The notes under the pieces are model-generated. The model was not told the DNA's origin. It made no database searches and worked only from the letters and a program-made list of their open reading frames with translations. From NCBI RefSeq assembly GCF_058153355.1, contig NZ_CM177019.1: a stretch of DNA of 64,000 nt. The stretch is one strand, 5' to 3'. Of the stretch, positions 45,282-58,308 are shown piece after piece (position 1 is the stretch's first letter; every line of letters starts with the position of its first letter). The translations under genes and the position numbers were made by a program.

Positions 45282-45893
45282 ATGAACATGTCGATGACAG
45301 AAAGAATAAAAGCAGGAAAGCTATTTACCGATATGTGCGAAGGCTTACCTGAAAAAAGACTTCGTGGGAAAACATTAATGTATGAGTTTAATCACTCGCA
45401 TCCAGCGGAAGTTGAAAAAAGAGAAAGCCTGATAAAAAAAATGTTTGCCACGGTAGGGGAAAACGCCTGGGTTGAACCACCTGTCTATTTCTCTTACGGC
45501 TCCAACATCCATATAGGCCGCAATTTTTATGCAAATTTCAATTTAACCATTGTCGATGATTACACGGTAACGATCGGTGATAACGTACTGGTTGCCCCCA
45601 ACGTTACCATTTCCGTTACGGGACACCCTGTACACCATGAGTTAAGAAAAAACGGAGAGATGTACTCTTTTGCGATAACGATTGGTAATAACGTCTGGAT
45701 CGGCAGCCATGTGGTCATTAATCCAGGCGTCACCATCGGGGATAATTCTGTTATTGGCGCGGGAAGTGTCGTCACAAAAGACATTCCACCAAACGTCGTA
45801 GCTGCTGGCATTCCTTGTCGGGTTATTCGCGAAATAAACGACCGGGATAAGCAATATTATTTCAAAGATTTTAAAGTTGAATCGTCAGTTTAA
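45282..45893 (+). CDS. lacA: Galactoside O-acetyltransferase
   Basis: ORF 45231..45893; 203-aa product from MNMSMTERIKAGKLFTDMCEGLPEKRL... with hexapeptide repeats. Confidence 0.9.
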   Translation: MNMSMTERIKAGKLFTDMCEGLPEKRLRGKTLMYEFNHSHPAEVEKRESLIKKMFATVGENAWVEPPVYFSYGSNIHIGRNFYANFNLTIVDDYTVTIGDNVLVAPNVTISVTGHPVHHELRKNGEMYSFAITIGNNVWIGSHVVINPGVTIGDNSVIGAGSVVTKDIPPNVVAAGIPCRVIREINDRDKQYYFKDFKVESSV

Positions 45894-45904
45894 ATAAGCA
45901 AAAT

Positions 45905-45967
45905 TGCCTGATGCGCTCCGCTTATCAGGCCTATAAGTTCAGTGATCTACGCAGGCCGCATCCGGCG
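45905..45967. repeat. REP pair between convergent lacA and cynX
   Basis: gcctgatgcgctccgcttatcaggcctat ... gccgcatccggcg. Confidence 0.6.
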
Positions 45968-45995
45968 TAAACAAAGCGCAGGAACGAGCGTCGCA

Positions 45996-47150
45996 TCATG
46001 CCTCTTTGACCCACAGCTGCGGAAAACGTGCTGGTGCAAAACGCAGGGTTATGATCATCAGCCCAACGACGCACAGCGCATGAAACGCCCAGTCCATCAG
46101 GTAATTGCCACTGATACTACGCAGCACACCAGAAAACCACGGAGCAAGCCCGGCAATGATAAAACCGATCCCCTGCATAAACGCCACCAGTTTGCCAGCA
46201 ATAGCGGGTTGCGCAGAGTGATCGAGCGCCAGCAGCAAACAGAGCGGAAATGCGCCACCCAGACCTAACCCACACACCATTGCCCACAATACCGGCAATT
46301 GCAGCGGCAGCCAGATAAAGCCGCAGAAACCCACCAGTTGTAACGCCAGTGCCAGCATTAATAGTTTGCGCCGATCCTGATGGCGAGCCATAGCAGGCAT
46401 CAGCAATGCCCCTGCGGCTTGACCAAGCGTCATCAACGCCAGCAAGGAACCGCTGTACTGCGTGCTGGCACCGATCTCAATATAGAAGGCGGGTAACCAG
46501 GCAATCAGACTGGCGTAACCGCCGTTAATCAGACCGAAGTAAATACCCAGCGTCCAGGCGCGGGGAGTGAAGACTACGCGAACCGGAGTGGTTGTTGTCT
46601 TGTGGGAAGAGACGACCTCGCGGGAGCTTTGCCACCACCAGGCAAAGAGCGCAATAATGGCAGGCAGCGCCCACCAGGCGAGAGTCTGGAACCAAATCTC
46701 GCTGTGTTGAACTAACCTGGGCGTCAGGGCGGCACCAAGTCCACCGCCGCCCATCAGAGCCGCAGACCACAGCCCCATCACCAGTGGCGTGCGCTGCTGA
46801 AACCGCCGTTTAATCACCGAAGGCATCACCGCCTGAATGATGCCGATCCCCACTCCACCGAGCAGTGCGCTGCTAAGTAGCAGCACACTTTGAGGGTAAA
46901 GCTCTCGCATCAATGCGCCGACGGCTATCAGCAACAAACTGATGGCGACGCTGCGACGTTCGCTGACATGCTGATGAAGCCAGCTTCCGACCAGCGCCAG
47001 CCCGCCCATGGTGACCACCGGCAGAGCCGTCAACAGGGCAGCCACGCTAAAGCTCATTCCGCTCGCCTGGCGCAATTGCGGTAGCAGTGGCCCGACGGAG
47101 GTGAGCAGTGGTCGCATATTAAGACCAATCAGCACCAGAACCAGCAGCAT
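45996..47150 (-). CDS. cynX: Cyanate transporter (MFS)
   Basis: ORF 45996..47177; 384-aa product from MLLVLVLIGLNMRPLLTSVGPLLPQLRQ... Confidence 0.85.
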   Translation of the reverse strand: MLLVLVLIGLNMRPLLTSVGPLLPQLRQASGMSFSVAALLTALPVVTMGGLALVGSWLHQHVSERRSVAISLLLIAVGALMRELYPQSVLLLSSALLGGVGIGIIQAVMPSVIKRRFQQRTPLVMGLWSAALMGGGGLGAALTPRLVQHSEIWFQTLAWWALPAIIALFAWWWQSSREVVSSHKTTTTPVRVVFTPRAWTLGIYFGLINGGYASLIAWLPAFYIEIGASTQYSGSLLALMTLGQAAGALLMPAMARHQDRRKLLMLALALQLVGFCGFIWLPLQLPVLWAMVCGLGLGGAFPLCLLLALDHSAQPAIAGKLVAFMQGIGFIIAGLAPWFSGVLRSISGNYLMDWAFHALCVVGLMIITLRFAPARFPQLWVKEA

Positions 47151-47182
47151 CGTGAACGTCTTTTGATGGTCGCGCATGGCTG

Positions 47183-47671
<489 letters not shown>

Positions 47672-47683
47672 TTAAAAATAAGG

Positions 47684-48343
47684 TTACGCTGCGGTCGGCT
47701 GGCGTAGCGGTATGGCACAAACGCAAGGATTAGCTGCCAGTGGAACAAACTGGCGGGTTGCGCCGTCAAAGGCTGCGATACTGCCGCTTTCAATGTCGTA
47801 GACCCAGCCGTGCAGGGCGATCCGCCCCTCTTCGAGCGCCAGGCGCACCGATGGATGAGTTTGCAAATTAGCCAACTGAGCAATGACGTTTTCACGTACC
47901 ATCGCCGCAGCTTTTGACGCTAAATCGGAATGCGGGCGCGCCTCATTAACGACGCGAGCTGAATCGGCATAACGCAGCCAGTGGGAAACAGCAGGCATAT
48001 GGTCCATGCACTGACAGCTGGCAATGGCAGTCATCGCGCCACAGTTGGAATGACCGCAAATCACAATGTCAGATACCCGAAGCGCAGCGACGGCATACTC
48101 CACCGAAGCAGAAACGCCACCAGGTTCCGGTCCGTAGGAAGGGACGATATTGCCCGCGTTGCGAATCACGAACAAATCGCCAGGTTCGCGTTGCGTCACC
48201 AGCTCAGGGACCAGACGGCTGTCGGAGCAGGAGATAAAAAGTGTGCGCGGGCTTTGCTGTGTCGCCAGCTGTTTAAACAAGGCTTCCCGCTCAGGAAATG
48301 CCTCGCGCTGGAATTTAAGGAATCCATCAATAATCTCTTTCAC
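47684..48343 (-). CDS. cynT: Carbonic anhydrase (beta class)
   Basis: 219-aa [20 protein letters not shown]... with CSDSR and HSNCGA zinc-ligand motifs. Confidence 0.95.
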   Translation of the reverse strand: MKEIIDGFLKFQREAFPEREALFKQLATQQSPRTLFISCSDSRLVPELVTQREPGDLFVIRNAGNIVPSYGPEPGGVSASVEYAVAALRVSDIVICGHSNCGAMTAIASCQCMDHMPAVSHWLRYADSARVVNEARPHSDLASKAAAMVRENVIAQLANLQTHPSVRLALEEGRIALHGWVYDIESGSIAAFDGATRQFVPLAANPCVCAIPLRQPTAA

Positions 48344-48452
48344 CGTTAACCTCTGTCTGTCTCTGGAATGAGAGGCAGACTACTCGCCGATTGCTATAAG
48401 GTAAAAGACTCATTTATGATGAGTTCTATTGGATTTACTTATAGGTTGGCGA

Positions 48453-49352
48453 ATGCTCTCTCGACATATCAATTACTTTCTTGCCGTGGCTGAACATGGC
48501 AGCTTCACCCGTGCCGCCAGTGCGTTGCATATCTCCCAGCCTGCGCTTTCCCAGCAGATTCGCCAGTTAGAAGAGAGTTTGGGCGTACCGCTGTTTGACC
48601 GTAGCGGGCGAACGATTCGTCTCACCGATGCGGGAGAAGTCTGGCGACAGTACGCCAGCCGTGCGTTACAGGAACTGGGGGCGGGTAAACGGGCGATTCA
48701 TGATGTTGCCGATTTGACGCGAGGATCGCTGCGCATCGCCGTCACCCCCACCTTCACGAGCTACTTTATCGGCCCTTTAATGGCGGATTTCTATGCGCGT
48801 TATCCCGGCATCACGCTCCAGCTACAGGAAATGTCACAGGAGAAAATCGAAGATCTGCTTTGCCGCGACGAGCTGGATGTTGGGATTGCCTTCGCGCCGG
48901 TGCATTCGCCGGAACTGGAGGCAATACCTTTACTGACAGAAAGTTTAGCGTTAGTCGTGGCGCAACATCATCCACTGGTAGCCCATGAACAGGTGGCGTT
49001 GAGTCGCTTGCATGATGAAAAACTGGTACTGCTCAGCGCGGAATTTGCCACCAGAGAGCAAATTGACCACTACTGCGAGAAAGCGGGGCTACATCCACAG
49101 GTGGTGATAGAGGCGAACTCAATTAGCGCAGTTCTGGCGCTGATTCGCCGCACTTCCCTTTCCACATTGTTGCCAGCAGCGATTGCCACACAACATGACG
49201 GGCTTAAAGCTATATCCCTTGCCCCACCGTTACTGGAGAGAACGGCGGTTTTGTTGCGGCGGAAAAATAGCTGGCAGACAGCCGCCGCAAAGGCATTTTT
49301 GCAAATGGCGTTGGATGAATGTGCGGTTGTTGGCGGGAATGAATCACGGTAG
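48453..49352 (+). CDS. cynR: LysR-family activator of the cyn operon
   Basis: ORF 48429..49352; 299-aa product from [41 protein letters not shown]... Confidence 0.9.
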   Translation: MLSRHINYFLAVAEHGSFTRAASALHISQPALSQQIRQLEESLGVPLFDRSGRTIRLTDAGEVWRQYASRALQELGAGKRAIHDVADLTRGSLRIAVTPTFTSYFIGPLMADFYARYPGITLQLQEMSQEKIEDLLCRDELDVGIAFAPVHSPELEAIPLLTESLALVVAQHHPLVAHEQVALSRLHDEKLVLLSAEFATREQIDHYCEKAGLHPQVVIEANSISAVLALIRRTSLSTLLPAAIATQHDGLKAISLAPPLLERTAVLLRRKNSWQTAAAKAFLQMALDECAVVGGNESR

Positions 49353-49374
49353 CCGCTGACACAGGTCAGCGGCT
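49351..49374 (+). terminator. Perfect 10-bp stem / 4-nt loop hairpin straddling the cynR stop (terminator-like, but no U-tract)
   Basis: agccgctgac-acag-gtcagcggct. Confidence 0.3.
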
Positions 49375-49380
49375 GGAATT

Positions 49381-49445
49381 GCCTGATGCGCGACGCTTAT
49401 CAGGCCTACGAGTTCAGTGCAAGGCGTTCACGCCGCATCCGGCAT
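49381..49445. repeat. REP pair between cynR and codA
   Basis: gcctgatgcgcgacgcttatcaggcctac ... gcgttcacgccgcatccggc. Confidence 0.65.
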
Positions 49446-49472
49446 AAACTACGCTCGCTGCAACCCAGCCGA

Positions 49473-50756
49473 TTACCGTTTGTAATCGATGGCTTCCGGC
49501 TGCTCCAGATACACGGTGGTTTGTGCCGGTTGCGTGGTGGCAATCACCTTACCACCACGTACCGAATAGCGTACCGGAACCTGACGGCGCAGCGCATCAA
49601 ACCCATTTTCAGCCGGCAGGATAATCAGGTTAGCGCTGTTTCCGGCGACTATGCCGTAATCCTGCAAATTCAACGTCCTGGCGCTATGGTGGGTGATTAA
49701 ATTTAGGCCGTCGTTAATCTGCCCGTAGCCCATCAACTGACAAACATGCAGCCCCATATGCAGCACTTGCAGCATATTCGCCGTTCCCAGTGGATACCAC
49801 GGATCGAAGACATCATCGTGACCAAAGCAGACGTTAATGCCGGACTCCAGCATCTCTTTAACGCGCGTAATACCGCGACGTTTTGGATACGTATCGAAAC
49901 GCCCTTGTAGATGAATATTGACCAGCGGGTTGGCGACAAAGTTAATACCGGACATTTTCAGCAAACGGAACAGGCGCGAGGTATACGCCCCGTTATAGGA
50001 GTGCATTGCCGTGGTGTGGCTGGCGGTGACTCGCGCGCCCATGCCTTCACGGTAAGCCAGGGCGGCAACGGTTTCGACAAAGCGCGACTGTTCGTCATCG
50101 ATCTCATCACAGTGAACATCGATGAGACGGTCGTATTTTTGCGCCAAGGCGAAGGTTTTATGCAGCGACTCCACGCCATATTCACGGGTAAATTCAAAAT
50201 GCGGAATCGCCCCCACTACGTCAGCCCCTAAGCGTAACGCCTCTTCCAGTAACGCTTCACCGTTGGGATACGACAAAATCCCTTCCTGCGGGAAGGCGAC
50301 GATTTGCAGATCAATCCACGGCGCGACTTCCTGCTTCACTTCCAGCATCGCTTTTAGCGCAGTCAGGGTTGCATCCGAAACATCGACATGGGTACGCACA
50401 TGCTGAATACCGTTGGCAATCTGCCATTTCAGCGTTTGCCAGGCGCGTTGTTTCACATCGCCATGGGTTAATAATGCTTTGCGCTCGGCCCAGCGTTCAA
50501 TGCCTTCAAACAGCGTGCCGGACTGATTCCAGTTCGGTTGCCCGGCGGTTTGCGTGGTATCCAGGTGAATATGCGGCTCCACAAACGGCGGTAAAACTAA
50601 ACCTTGCTCGGCATCCAGGCTGTTTTCTGTTACGGGCATCACGCCGGATTGCGCATCAATGGCGCTGATTTTTCCGTCCTGCAGATGAATCTGCCATAGC
50701 CCCTCTTTGCCGGGTAACCGGGCGTTAATAATTGTCTGTAAAGCGTTATTCGACAC
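49473..50756 (-). CDS. codA: Cytosine deaminase (GTG start)
   Basis: ORF 49473..50771; 427-aa product from (V)[35 protein letters not shown]... with [10 protein letters not shown] metal site. Confidence 0.95.
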   Translation of the reverse strand: MSNNALQTIINARLPGKEGLWQIHLQDGKISAIDAQSGVMPVTENSLDAEQGLVLPPFVEPHIHLDTTQTAGQPNWNQSGTLFEGIERWAERKALLTHGDVKQRAWQTLKWQIANGIQHVRTHVDVSDATLTALKAMLEVKQEVAPWIDLQIVAFPQEGILSYPNGEALLEEALRLGADVVGAIPHFEFTREYGVESLHKTFALAQKYDRLIDVHCDEIDDEQSRFVETVAALAYREGMGARVTASHTTAMHSYNGAYTSRLFRLLKMSGINFVANPLVNIHLQGRFDTYPKRRGITRVKEMLESGINVCFGHDDVFDPWYPLGTANMLQVLHMGLHVCQLMGYGQINDGLNLITHHSARTLNLQDYGIVAGNSANLIILPAENGFDALRRQVPVRYSVRGGKVIATTQPAQTTVYLEQPEAIDYKR

Positions 50757-52005
50757 TGTTAGCCTCCACATGCGTCATTGCAGCTGTCGTTTTGCGATTC
50801 AAAATCGGGTTAAGGATCAGATAGCTCAGCGCACCACCTAATACCGCGTTGACCGGTACAATGCCCGGTAACCAGTGGCCTGCGGCAATCCCCAGCGCGA
50901 CCGCCAGAATCGCCACCCAATTGACACTCATCATACGCGTGGTCGCAAAGTGCTCATAGCGGCGACGGTTCATCAAATAGTCGGCGATGATCACGCCCCC
51001 CACCGGAGGAATAGCAGCCGAAAGGAAGGTTAGCCAGCCGACAAAATTGTTATACAGCCATAGTGCGCAGACCGTGCCGATAATACCGTTGATTACTGAA
51101 AGAGTTTTGCTCGACATACCGGTAATATTGGCGAAACCTAAACCCGACGCATAGAGCGCGTTATCGTTGGTGGTCCAGATATTCAACCCCAGCACCACAA
51201 TCGCGGGCAGCAGCAAGCCCTGAGCAATCATCACATCAGAGATATCCGCCATCCCCAGTGCCGCAGCGCCTGCCGCACCGAAAATAAACATCAACGAGTT
51301 GCCGAGGAAAAAGGCCACCATCGCCACCAGCACCGCCAGTTTGGCATTGCGACCAAAGCGGACAAAGTCAGCGGTGAGCGTACCCGCACTGATAAATGAC
51401 CCCACAACCAGCGCCAGCGCGACATTGAAATCTAGCGGTTGTGCGGGAACGACCGCTTTTAATGCCTCCAGGCCGCCCATGCCGTTAACGGCCAGCCATA
51501 CGGAATAACCGCCAAGGCAGGCAATCGCCGGAACCGCAATCACCGAAAGTACCGTCAGCGCCGAAATGCCAAAGAAGACGGTGACGGTCATCAGTAAACC
51601 GGAAACGGCAATCAGCAAATTAATATCCAGCCCGGTTGCCTTGCCCACCGGAATAGCAAACATCGCCACGCCAACACCAAACCAGCCGACCTGAGTGCCG
51701 CCCAGCAGCAGTGAAGGCAGCCATGAGCCTTTAACACCAAACGAGAAGCGAGCAAGAAGATGGGTGGTCAGGCCGGTTTTTGCGCCAATGTAACCAAGAA
51801 ATGAAGTGTAAATACCGAGGAGAAGATTACCGATGAGGACTGCGAGGAAGAAATCATGATAGCTAAGACCGGTTCCGAGAGTGCCGCCGGTCCACATACT
51901 GGCGGAAAAGAAGGTTAATCCCAGCATGACGAACGTCAATGCCAATACCCCTTTCCGCGCCGACTGCGGGACAGGCCCCTGGCTAAAGTTGTTATCTTGC
52001 GACAC
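50746..52005 (-). CDS. codB: Cytosine permease
   Basis: 419-aa polytopic membrane ORF; overlaps the codA start by 11 nt. Confidence 0.9.
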   Translation of the reverse strand: MSQDNNFSQGPVPQSARKGVLALTFVMLGLTFFSASMWTGGTLGTGLSYHDFFLAVLIGNLLLGIYTSFLGYIGAKTGLTTHLLARFSFGVKGSWLPSLLLGGTQVGWFGVGVAMFAIPVGKATGLDINLLIAVSGLLMTVTVFFGISALTVLSVIAVPAIACLGGYSVWLAVNGMGGLEALKAVVPAQPLDFNVALALVVGSFISAGTLTADFVRFGRNAKLAVLVAMVAFFLGNSLMFIFGAAGAAALGMADISDVMIAQGLLLPAIVVLGLNIWTTNDNALYASGLGFANITGMSSKTLSVINGIIGTVCALWLYNNFVGWLTFLSAAIPPVGGVIIADYLMNRRRYEHFATTRMMSVNWVAILAVALGIAAGHWLPGIVPVNAVLGGALSYLILNPILNRKTTAAMTHVEANSVE

Positions 52006-52157
52006 GAAATTCCCCCTTTTTGCTGTTTGAAACCCAAAAAATCCGCCGCATTCTATTCATCTGAAGATAAAAAGCAATCGTTTTCGTGGAGGGGATATAT
52101 TTTTTATATGGATGAATGCGGAAAAGTGGATAAAAACTTATTTGAGAAAAAATGGGT

Positions 52158-52515
52158 ACGCATGATAAGACACGCCTGCGTTGCATCAGGCATTGGTGCA
52201 CGGTGTCGGATGCGGCGCGTGCGCCTTATCCGACCTACGGTTCAGGCCTGTAGGCATGATAAGACGCGTCAGCGTCGCATCAGGCATCTGCGCACGGTGT
52301 CGGATGCGCCGCGTGCGCCTTATCCGACCTACGGTTCAGGCCTGTAGGCATGATAAGACGCGCCTGCGTTGCATCAGGCATCTACGCATAGCTGTCGGAT
52401 GCGGCGCGGGCGCCTTATCCGACCTGCGGTTCAGGCCTGTAGGCATGATAAGACGCGTCAGCGTCGCATCAGGCATTGGTGCACGGTGTCGGATGCGCCA
52501 CAAGACACATCCGAC
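52158..52515. repeat. BIME: about four tandem ~90-bp REP-containing units between codB and prpE
   Basis: Repeated ...gcatgataagacgcg(t/c)c(a/t)gcg(t/c)(c/t)gcatcaggcat...tgtcggatgcg(g/c)cgcgtgcgccttatccgacctacggttcaggcctgtag... Confidence 0.85.
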
Positions 52516-52521
52516 AACACC

Positions 52522-54408
52522 TTACTCTTCCATCGCCTGGCGGATCTGATCCAACGACGCAGGATCATCAATGGTCGTCAGATCCCCCGGATCGCGTCCT
52601 TCACAAATCGCCTGGATCGTGCGGCGCAGCATTTTTCCGGATCGCGTTTTCGGTAATTGCGAGACAAACCAGACGTGCGCCGGGCGACCAAAGTTGCCAA
52701 TCTGGCTGTCCACCAGCGCCATAATCGCCTTCTCTTGCGAATGCGCCACATCACGATCTTCCAGACTGTCGCTCTCTTTCGGAATGACAAACGCCACTGC
52801 CACCTGCCCTTTCAGCGCATCTTTCACCCCAACCACCGCCACTTCGGCAACGCCCGGATGACTGGAGATACTCTCTTCAATCTCGCGCGTCCCCAGCCGA
52901 TGCCCGGCAACGTTAATTACATCGTCAGTGCGCCCGAGAATAAAGTGATAACCGTCAGCATCGCGGATGCCCCAGTCAAAGGTGGCGTACACCGGACGGG
53001 AAAATAACGACCAATACGTCTTCACAAAGCGGTCGTCATCGCCCCAGATGGTTTGAATACACCCCGGCGGCAGCGGCCCTTCCACCACTACCATCCCTTT
53101 CTCGTTGACACCGCACGGTTCGCCGGTGACTTCATTGAGCAACTGCACGTTATAGCCATACATCGGCACGCCGGGGCTTCCCAGACGTGTCGGCCTGTCG
53201 TCCAGACCGCGAGCAATCGCCATAATCGGCCAGCCGGATTCGGTCTGCCAGTAGTTGTCGATGACCGGCACATCCAGCGTATTGCTCACCAAACTGGCAG
53301 TCGGCTCATCCAGCGGTTCTCCCGCCAGATAGAGCACTTCCAGCGACGAGAGATCGTGTTTGCGAATTTCAGCGGTAGGGAATTTTTTCAGCACGCGGAT
53401 GGCGGTCGGCGCTGAGAACATCCGGCTAACCTGATATTTCTCGACGATTTTCCACCACACACCGCAGTCAGGCCAGGTCGGCAATCCTTCGTAAACAATG
53501 GTCGCCATCCCCGCCAGCAGCGGCGCGTAGACGATATACGAATGCCCAACTACCCAGCCGATATCCGACGCACAGAAGAACACCCCGCCCGCTTTACCGC
53601 CAAAAATGGTGTCCATCGAGGTCGCCAGCGCCACCGCATAACCGCCGACGTCACGCTGCACACCTTTTGGTTTGCCGGTCGTGCCGGAGGTGTAGAGAAT
53701 GCAGGAGGTTTCGTTGGATTCCAGCCACGCCACCGGCACCCGCGCGCCGATGTGTTGATGGCGCAACGACGCGAAATCGACATCCCGCCCGCTGACGCGC
53801 GCCATTTTCGCCAGCCCGCGATCCACCAGCAAAACGTGGCGCGGCTGATGCTGAGCCTGACTTATCGCATCGTCGAGCAATTTTTTATACGGAATAATTT
53901 TGCCACCGCGCGCTCCGGCATCTGCCGAGACAATCAGCACCGGTTTAGCGTCATCAATCCGCGCAGCCACGCTGTGCGAGGCAAATCCACCAAACACTAC
54001 CGAGTGAATAGCGCCAATGCGCGCGCAGGCCAGCAGGGTAATATGCGCTTCGGCAATCATCGGCATATACACCAGCACCCGATCGCCACGCTGCACGCCC
54101 AGTGAGCGCAGCATTGACGCCACCGCGTTCACTTCGTCATGCAACTGGCGAAAGGTAAAGGTGCGCTCTTCTTCTGTTTCCGAAGAGACGGCAATCAGCG
54201 CCAGCGCCTCTGGCTGTTTCTCCAGCCAGCGGTCGATAGCGTTGTGACACAAGTTGGTTCGGCCTTCACAAAACCAACGGGCAAACGGCGGATTGCTGTG
54301 ATCGAGCGTTTGCGTAAAGGGCGTCTGCCAGTCAATACGCCGGGCCTGCTCGGCCCAGAATTGCTCCGGTTCGTTAATCGAACGCTGATAAAATTCGCTA
54401 AAAGACAT
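52522..54408 (-). CDS. prpE: Propionate--CoA ligase
   Basis: 628-aa acyl-CoA synthetase ORF with YTSGTTGKPKG AMP-binding motif. Confidence 0.95.
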   Translation of the reverse strand: MSFSEFYQRSINEPEQFWAEQARRIDWQTPFTQTLDHSNPPFARWFCEGRTNLCHNAIDRWLEKQPEALALIAVSSETEEERTFTFRQLHDEVNAVASMLRSLGVQRGDRVLVYMPMIAEAHITLLACARIGAIHSVVFGGFASHSVAARIDDAKPVLIVSADAGARGGKIIPYKKLLDDAISQAQHQPRHVLLVDRGLAKMARVSGRDVDFASLRHQHIGARVPVAWLESNETSCILYTSGTTGKPKGVQRDVGGYAVALATSMDTIFGGKAGGVFFCASDIGWVVGHSYIVYAPLLAGMATIVYEGLPTWPDCGVWWKIVEKYQVSRMFSAPTAIRVLKKFPTAEIRKHDLSSLEVLYLAGEPLDEPTASLVSNTLDVPVIDNYWQTESGWPIMAIARGLDDRPTRLGSPGVPMYGYNVQLLNEVTGEPCGVNEKGMVVVEGPLPPGCIQTIWGDDDRFVKTYWSLFSRPVYATFDWGIRDADGYHFILGRTDDVINVAGHRLGTREIEESISSHPGVAEVAVVGVKDALKGQVAVAFVIPKESDSLEDRDVAHSQEKAIMALVDSQIGNFGRPAHVWFVSQLPKTRSGKMLRRTIQAICEGRDPGDLTTIDDPASLDQIRQAMEE

Positions 54409-54447
54409 AATGCTCTCCTGTTGAACTTACGCCTTACCGCCGTTTAC

Positions 54448-55899
54448 TTAAATGACGTACAGGTCGAGATACTCATTGACCGGCATCTGTTCCAGGCGAG
54501 TTCTGTCGAGAGAAACCTCCAGAATGCGCTGCTGTTGGCGAGTCGGGAACTGGCGCGCGAGATTGATTTTGAATTTATCCACCAGCTTCGGAATGCCATC
54601 CTGACGGCGGCGAGCATGACCAATGGGGTACTCCACCACCACTTCTTCAAATCGCGTACCGTCGGTAAACTCAAGGGTTATGGCATTAGCGATGGCGCGT
54701 TTTTCCGGGTCGTGGTAGTCAGCGGTAAACGCCGGATCTTCAAAGCAATTGATCTTCTCGCGCAGGGCGTCGATGCGTTTATCTTGCGCGACGTTATCTT
54801 CGTAATCTGCTGCCGTTAAGCGCCCGAACAGCAGTGGGATCGCCACCATATACTGAATGCAGTGGTCGCGGTCAGCCGGGTTATTGAGCGGCCCTTTTTT
54901 GTCGATGATGCGAATACAGGCTTCGTGGGTGCGAATGGTCACTTTTTCGATATCTGCCGCCGTTTTGCCTGCTGCCTGCATCTGTTCATAGAGCGTCATC
55001 GCCGCTTCAACTGCCGTCTGGGAGTGGAACTCCGCCGGGAAGGAGATTTTGAACAGCACATTTTCCATGACGTAGGAACCGTACGGACGCTGGAAGCGGA
55101 ATGACTCACCTTTAAAGGAGACGTCGTAGAAACCCCACACCGGCGCGGTCAGGGCTGACGGGTAACCCATTTCGCCCGTTTTCGCCATCAGCGCCAGACG
55201 TACCGCGCGGGAAGTGGCATCGCCCGCCGCCCAGGATTTACGCGTGCCGGTGTTCGGCGCATGGCGATAGGTGCGCAGCGACTGACCGTCCACCCACGCC
55301 AGCGAAACGGCGTTGAGAATTTCCTCGCGGGTCAGGCCGAGCATTTCGGCGACCACGGCGGTGGAAGCCACTTTCACTAACAGAACGTGGTCGAGGCCAA
55401 CGCGGTTAAAGGAGTTTTCCAGCGCGATGCAGCCCTGAATTTCATGGGCTTTGATCATTCCGGTCAGCACCTGTTTCATGGTCAACGGCGCTTTGCCGCT
55501 GGCGACCGCGTTGCGTGAAAGCCAGTCTGCCGTTGCCAGAATGCCGCCGAGGTTGTCGGAAGGATGGCCCCACTCCGCCGCCAGCCAGGTATCGTTGAAA
55601 TCGAGCCAGCGGATCATCGCGCCAATGTTAAATGCCGCCTGGACGGGGTCGAGCTGGAACTGAGTTCCGGGAACGCGCACGCCGTTAGGTACGACGGTGC
55701 CAGGAACAATTGGCCCCAGCAGTTTTTTACAGGCCGGGTATTCGAGAGCTTCCAGACCGCAGCCGAGGGTGTCGAGCAGGCAGTAATGGGCGGTGTCGTA
55801 GGCCACTCTGGAGCTGATTTCGTAGTTCATGACGTAATCGACGATATCAACGATTTCACGATCAAATTCCGGACGGATGTTGTTAATTTGAGCTGACAT
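54448..55899 (-). CDS. prpD: 2-methylcitrate dehydratase
   Basis: 483-aa [26 protein letters not shown]... Confidence 0.95.
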   Translation of the reverse strand: MSAQINNIRPEFDREIVDIVDYVMNYEISSRVAYDTAHYCLLDTLGCGLEALEYPACKKLLGPIVPGTVVPNGVRVPGTQFQLDPVQAAFNIGAMIRWLDFNDTWLAAEWGHPSDNLGGILATADWLSRNAVASGKAPLTMKQVLTGMIKAHEIQGCIALENSFNRVGLDHVLLVKVASTAVVAEMLGLTREEILNAVSLAWVDGQSLRTYRHAPNTGTRKSWAAGDATSRAVRLALMAKTGEMGYPSALTAPVWGFYDVSFKGESFRFQRPYGSYVMENVLFKISFPAEFHSQTAVEAAMTLYEQMQAAGKTAADIEKVTIRTHEACIRIIDKKGPLNNPADRDHCIQYMVAIPLLFGRLTAADYEDNVAQDKRIDALREKINCFEDPAFTADYHDPEKRAIANAITLEFTDGTRFEEVVVEYPIGHARRRQDGIPKLVDKFKINLARQFPTRQQQRILEVSLDRTRLEQMPVNEYLDLYVI

Positions 55900-55932
55900 T
55901 GGGTACGTTTCCTTCTTGTTATTCGTAGAGGT

Positions 55933-57102
55933 TTACTGGCGCTTATCCAGCGCGACAAACGGTCGCTCTTCCGGTCCAACGTAATTGGCGGAAGGACGGA
56001 TAATTTTGTTGTCCTGACGTTGTTCGATAATGTGCGCCGCCCAGCCGGTGACGCGGGCGATAACAAACAGTGGCGTGAACATCTCGGTGGGAACGCCCAT
56101 CATGTTGTAGGAAACAGCGGAGAACCAGTCGAGATTGGGGAACATCTTTTTGCTCTCCCACATCACCGCTTCCAGACGATCGGCGATGTTGTACATCTTC
56201 AGCGAGCCGCCTTCCTGCGAGAGCTGCTTCGCCACACGTTTGATCACCTGATGACGCGGGTCGGCGATGGTATAAACCGGATGCCCAAAACCAATGACCA
56301 CTTCTTTGTTTTCAACCCGCTTGCGGATATCAGCTTCGGCTTCGTCCGGCGTTTCATAGCGTTGCTGGATCTCCAGCGACACTTCATTCGCCCCGCCGTG
56401 TTTCGGCCCGCGCAGTGCGCCAATCGCGCCGATAATGGCTGAATACATGTCAGAGCCGGTGCCCGCAATCACCCGGCTGGTAAAGGTGGAGGCGTTAAAC
56501 TCGTGTTCGGCGTACAGCACCAGCGAAATATGCATCGCCTTTTCCCAGCTTTGCGACGGCTTTTCGCCGTGCAGCAAATGCAGGAAGTGACCGCCGATGG
56601 AATCGTCATCGGTTTCCGGCTGGATGCGTTCGCCGTTGTGGCTGTAGTGATACCAGTAGAGAAGAATCGAGCTCAGCGACGCTAATAATTTGTCGGCAAT
56701 ATCCCGCGCGCCAGAGACGGTATGCCCCTCTTTTTCTGGCAGCGTGCAGCCGAGCGCGGAAACGCCGGTGCGCATAACATCCATCGGGTGTGACGCCGCC
56801 GGTAAGGCTTCCAGCACGGTACGCACGTTAGCCGGTAAACCGCGCAGGGCTTTCAGTTTTGTTTTGTAGGCGGCGAGTTCGTCACGGGTCGGCAGTTTGC
56901 CGTGGATCAGCAGATGCGCCACTTCTTCAAATTCGCAATGTTCCGCCAGGTCAAGAATATCGTAGCCGCGGTAATGCAGGTCATTGCCACTTTTACCCAC
57001 GGTGCAGAGCGCCGTATTGCCCGCCGGAACGCCAGAAAGTGCCACAGATTTTTTCGGTTTAATGACATGGGTACTGTTTTGCAGGATCGTTGTGTCGCTC
57101 AT
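55933..57102 (-). CDS. prpC: 2-methylcitrate synthase
   Basis: 389-aa citrate-synthase-family ORF. Confidence 0.95.
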   Translation of the reverse strand: MSDTTILQNSTHVIKPKKSVALSGVPAGNTALCTVGKSGNDLHYRGYDILDLAEHCEFEEVAHLLIHGKLPTRDELAAYKTKLKALRGLPANVRTVLEALPAASHPMDVMRTGVSALGCTLPEKEGHTVSGARDIADKLLASLSSILLYWYHYSHNGERIQPETDDDSIGGHFLHLLHGEKPSQSWEKAMHISLVLYAEHEFNASTFTSRVIAGTGSDMYSAIIGAIGALRGPKHGGANEVSLEIQQRYETPDEAEADIRKRVENKEVVIGFGHPVYTIADPRHQVIKRVAKQLSQEGGSLKMYNIADRLEAVMWESKKMFPNLDWFSAVSYNMMGVPTEMFTPLFVIARVTGWAAHIIEQRQDNKIIRPSANYVGPEERPFVALDKRQ

Positions 57103-57139
57103 GTTGTCCTCGTCATTGTTATCATTTGTAGGGTCGAGA

Positions 57140-57340
57140 TTGTTGTCGGATGCGACGCTATGCGTCTTATCCGACCTACAGTTCAGTTCATCCCGTAGGC
57201 CTGATAAGCCGCGTCAGCGACGCATCAGGCATCGGTTGTCGGATGCGACGTCATGCGTTTTATCCGACCTACAGTTCAGTGCACCCCGTAGGCCTGATAA
57301 GTCGCGTCAGCGGCGCATCAGGCATCGGTTGTCGAATACA
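57140..57340. repeat. BIME: two tandem ~100-bp REP-containing units between prpB and prpC
   Basis: gtcggatgcgacg...cttatccgacctacagttcagt..cccgtaggcctgataag.cgcgtcagcg.cgcatcaggcatcggttgtcg repeated. Confidence 0.85.
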
Positions 57341-57355
57341 ACCAAAGGGCGTTTT

Positions 57356-58246
57356 TTATTTCGCCTGGTTACGGGCAAACAGGTCGTCGAGCTTCTCTTC
57401 GTACTGGTAGTAGTTGATGCTTTCATACAGCTCGTTGCGGGTCTGCATGGTGTCGATGACGCTTTTCTGCGTGCCTTCCTGGCGCAGGACGTTGTAGACA
57501 TGTTCAGCGGCGCGGTTCATTGCGCGGAAAGCAGAAAGGGGATACAGCGCCATTGCGACATGGGCGCTGCGTAATTCGTCGGTGGTAAACAGCGGCGTGG
57601 CACCAAATTCAGTAATGTTGGCGAGGATTGGCACCTGCACCGCATCGGCAAACTGGCGGTACATGGCGAGTTCGGTAATCGCCTCCGGGAACAGCATTTC
57701 GGCACCCGCTTCAACATAGGCCTGCGCACGCTCGATCGCCGCATCCAGCCCTTCAACCGCCAGCGCATCGGTGCGCGCCATGATCACAAAATCAGGATCG
57801 GTTTTCGCATCCACCGCCGCGCGGATCCGATCCACCATCTCTTCTTTCGAGACGATCGCTTTGTTCGGGCGATGACCGCAGCGTTTTGCTCCAACCTGAT
57901 CTTCAATATGTAAGCCCGCCGCACCGGCTTTAATCATCGATTTCACAGTGCGGGCAACGTTAAAAGCCGAAGAGCCAAAGCCGATATCCGCATCCACCAG
58001 CAGCGGCAGCGAGCAGACGTCGGTGATACGGCGAATATCAGTCAGCACATCATCAAGAGTAGAAATACCGAGATCCGGCAACCCCAGCGAACCTGCCGCC
58101 ACACCACCGCCGGAGAGATAAATCGCCTGATATCCGGCACGCTGGGCCAGCAGCGCATGGTTGGCGTTAATGGTGCCGACAATCTGCAATGGATTTTCTT
58201 TAGACAGTGCAGCGCGAAAAGCTTTACCTGGAGAGTGTAGAGACAT
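57356..58246 (-). CDS. prpB: 2-methylisocitrate lyase
   Basis: 296-aa [54 protein letters not shown]... Confidence 0.95.
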   Translation of the reverse strand: MSLHSPGKAFRAALSKENPLQIVGTINANHALLAQRAGYQAIYLSGGGVAAGSLGLPDLGISTLDDVLTDIRRITDVCSLPLLVDADIGFGSSAFNVARTVKSMIKAGAAGLHIEDQVGAKRCGHRPNKAIVSKEEMVDRIRAAVDAKTDPDFVIMARTDALAVEGLDAAIERAQAYVEAGAEMLFPEAITELAMYRQFADAVQVPILANITEFGATPLFTTDELRSAHVAMALYPLSAFRAMNRAAEHVYNVLRQEGTQKSVIDTMQTRNELYESINYYQYEEKLDDLFARNQAK

Positions 58247-58292
58247 AGCCCATCCTTTGTTATCAACTTGTTATTTGCGTTGATAAAGACAA

Positions 58293-58308
58293 GGCAAGGG
58301 GTATGCCA
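58293..58308 (-). promoter_or_regulatory. Sigma-54 (-24/-12) promoter of prpBCDE
   Basis: Minus-strand TGGCATACCCCTTGCC (GG-N10-GC spacing) ~45 bp upstream of the prpB ATG; the divergent neighbour prpR is a sigma-54 activator. Confidence 0.65.

Noticed and set aside
52158-52515. Tandem repeat array considered as a possible CRISPR array
   Set aside because: Units are ~90 bp REP/BIME palindromes with conserved inter-repeat sequence rather than short repeats separated by unique spacers; no cas genes nearby.
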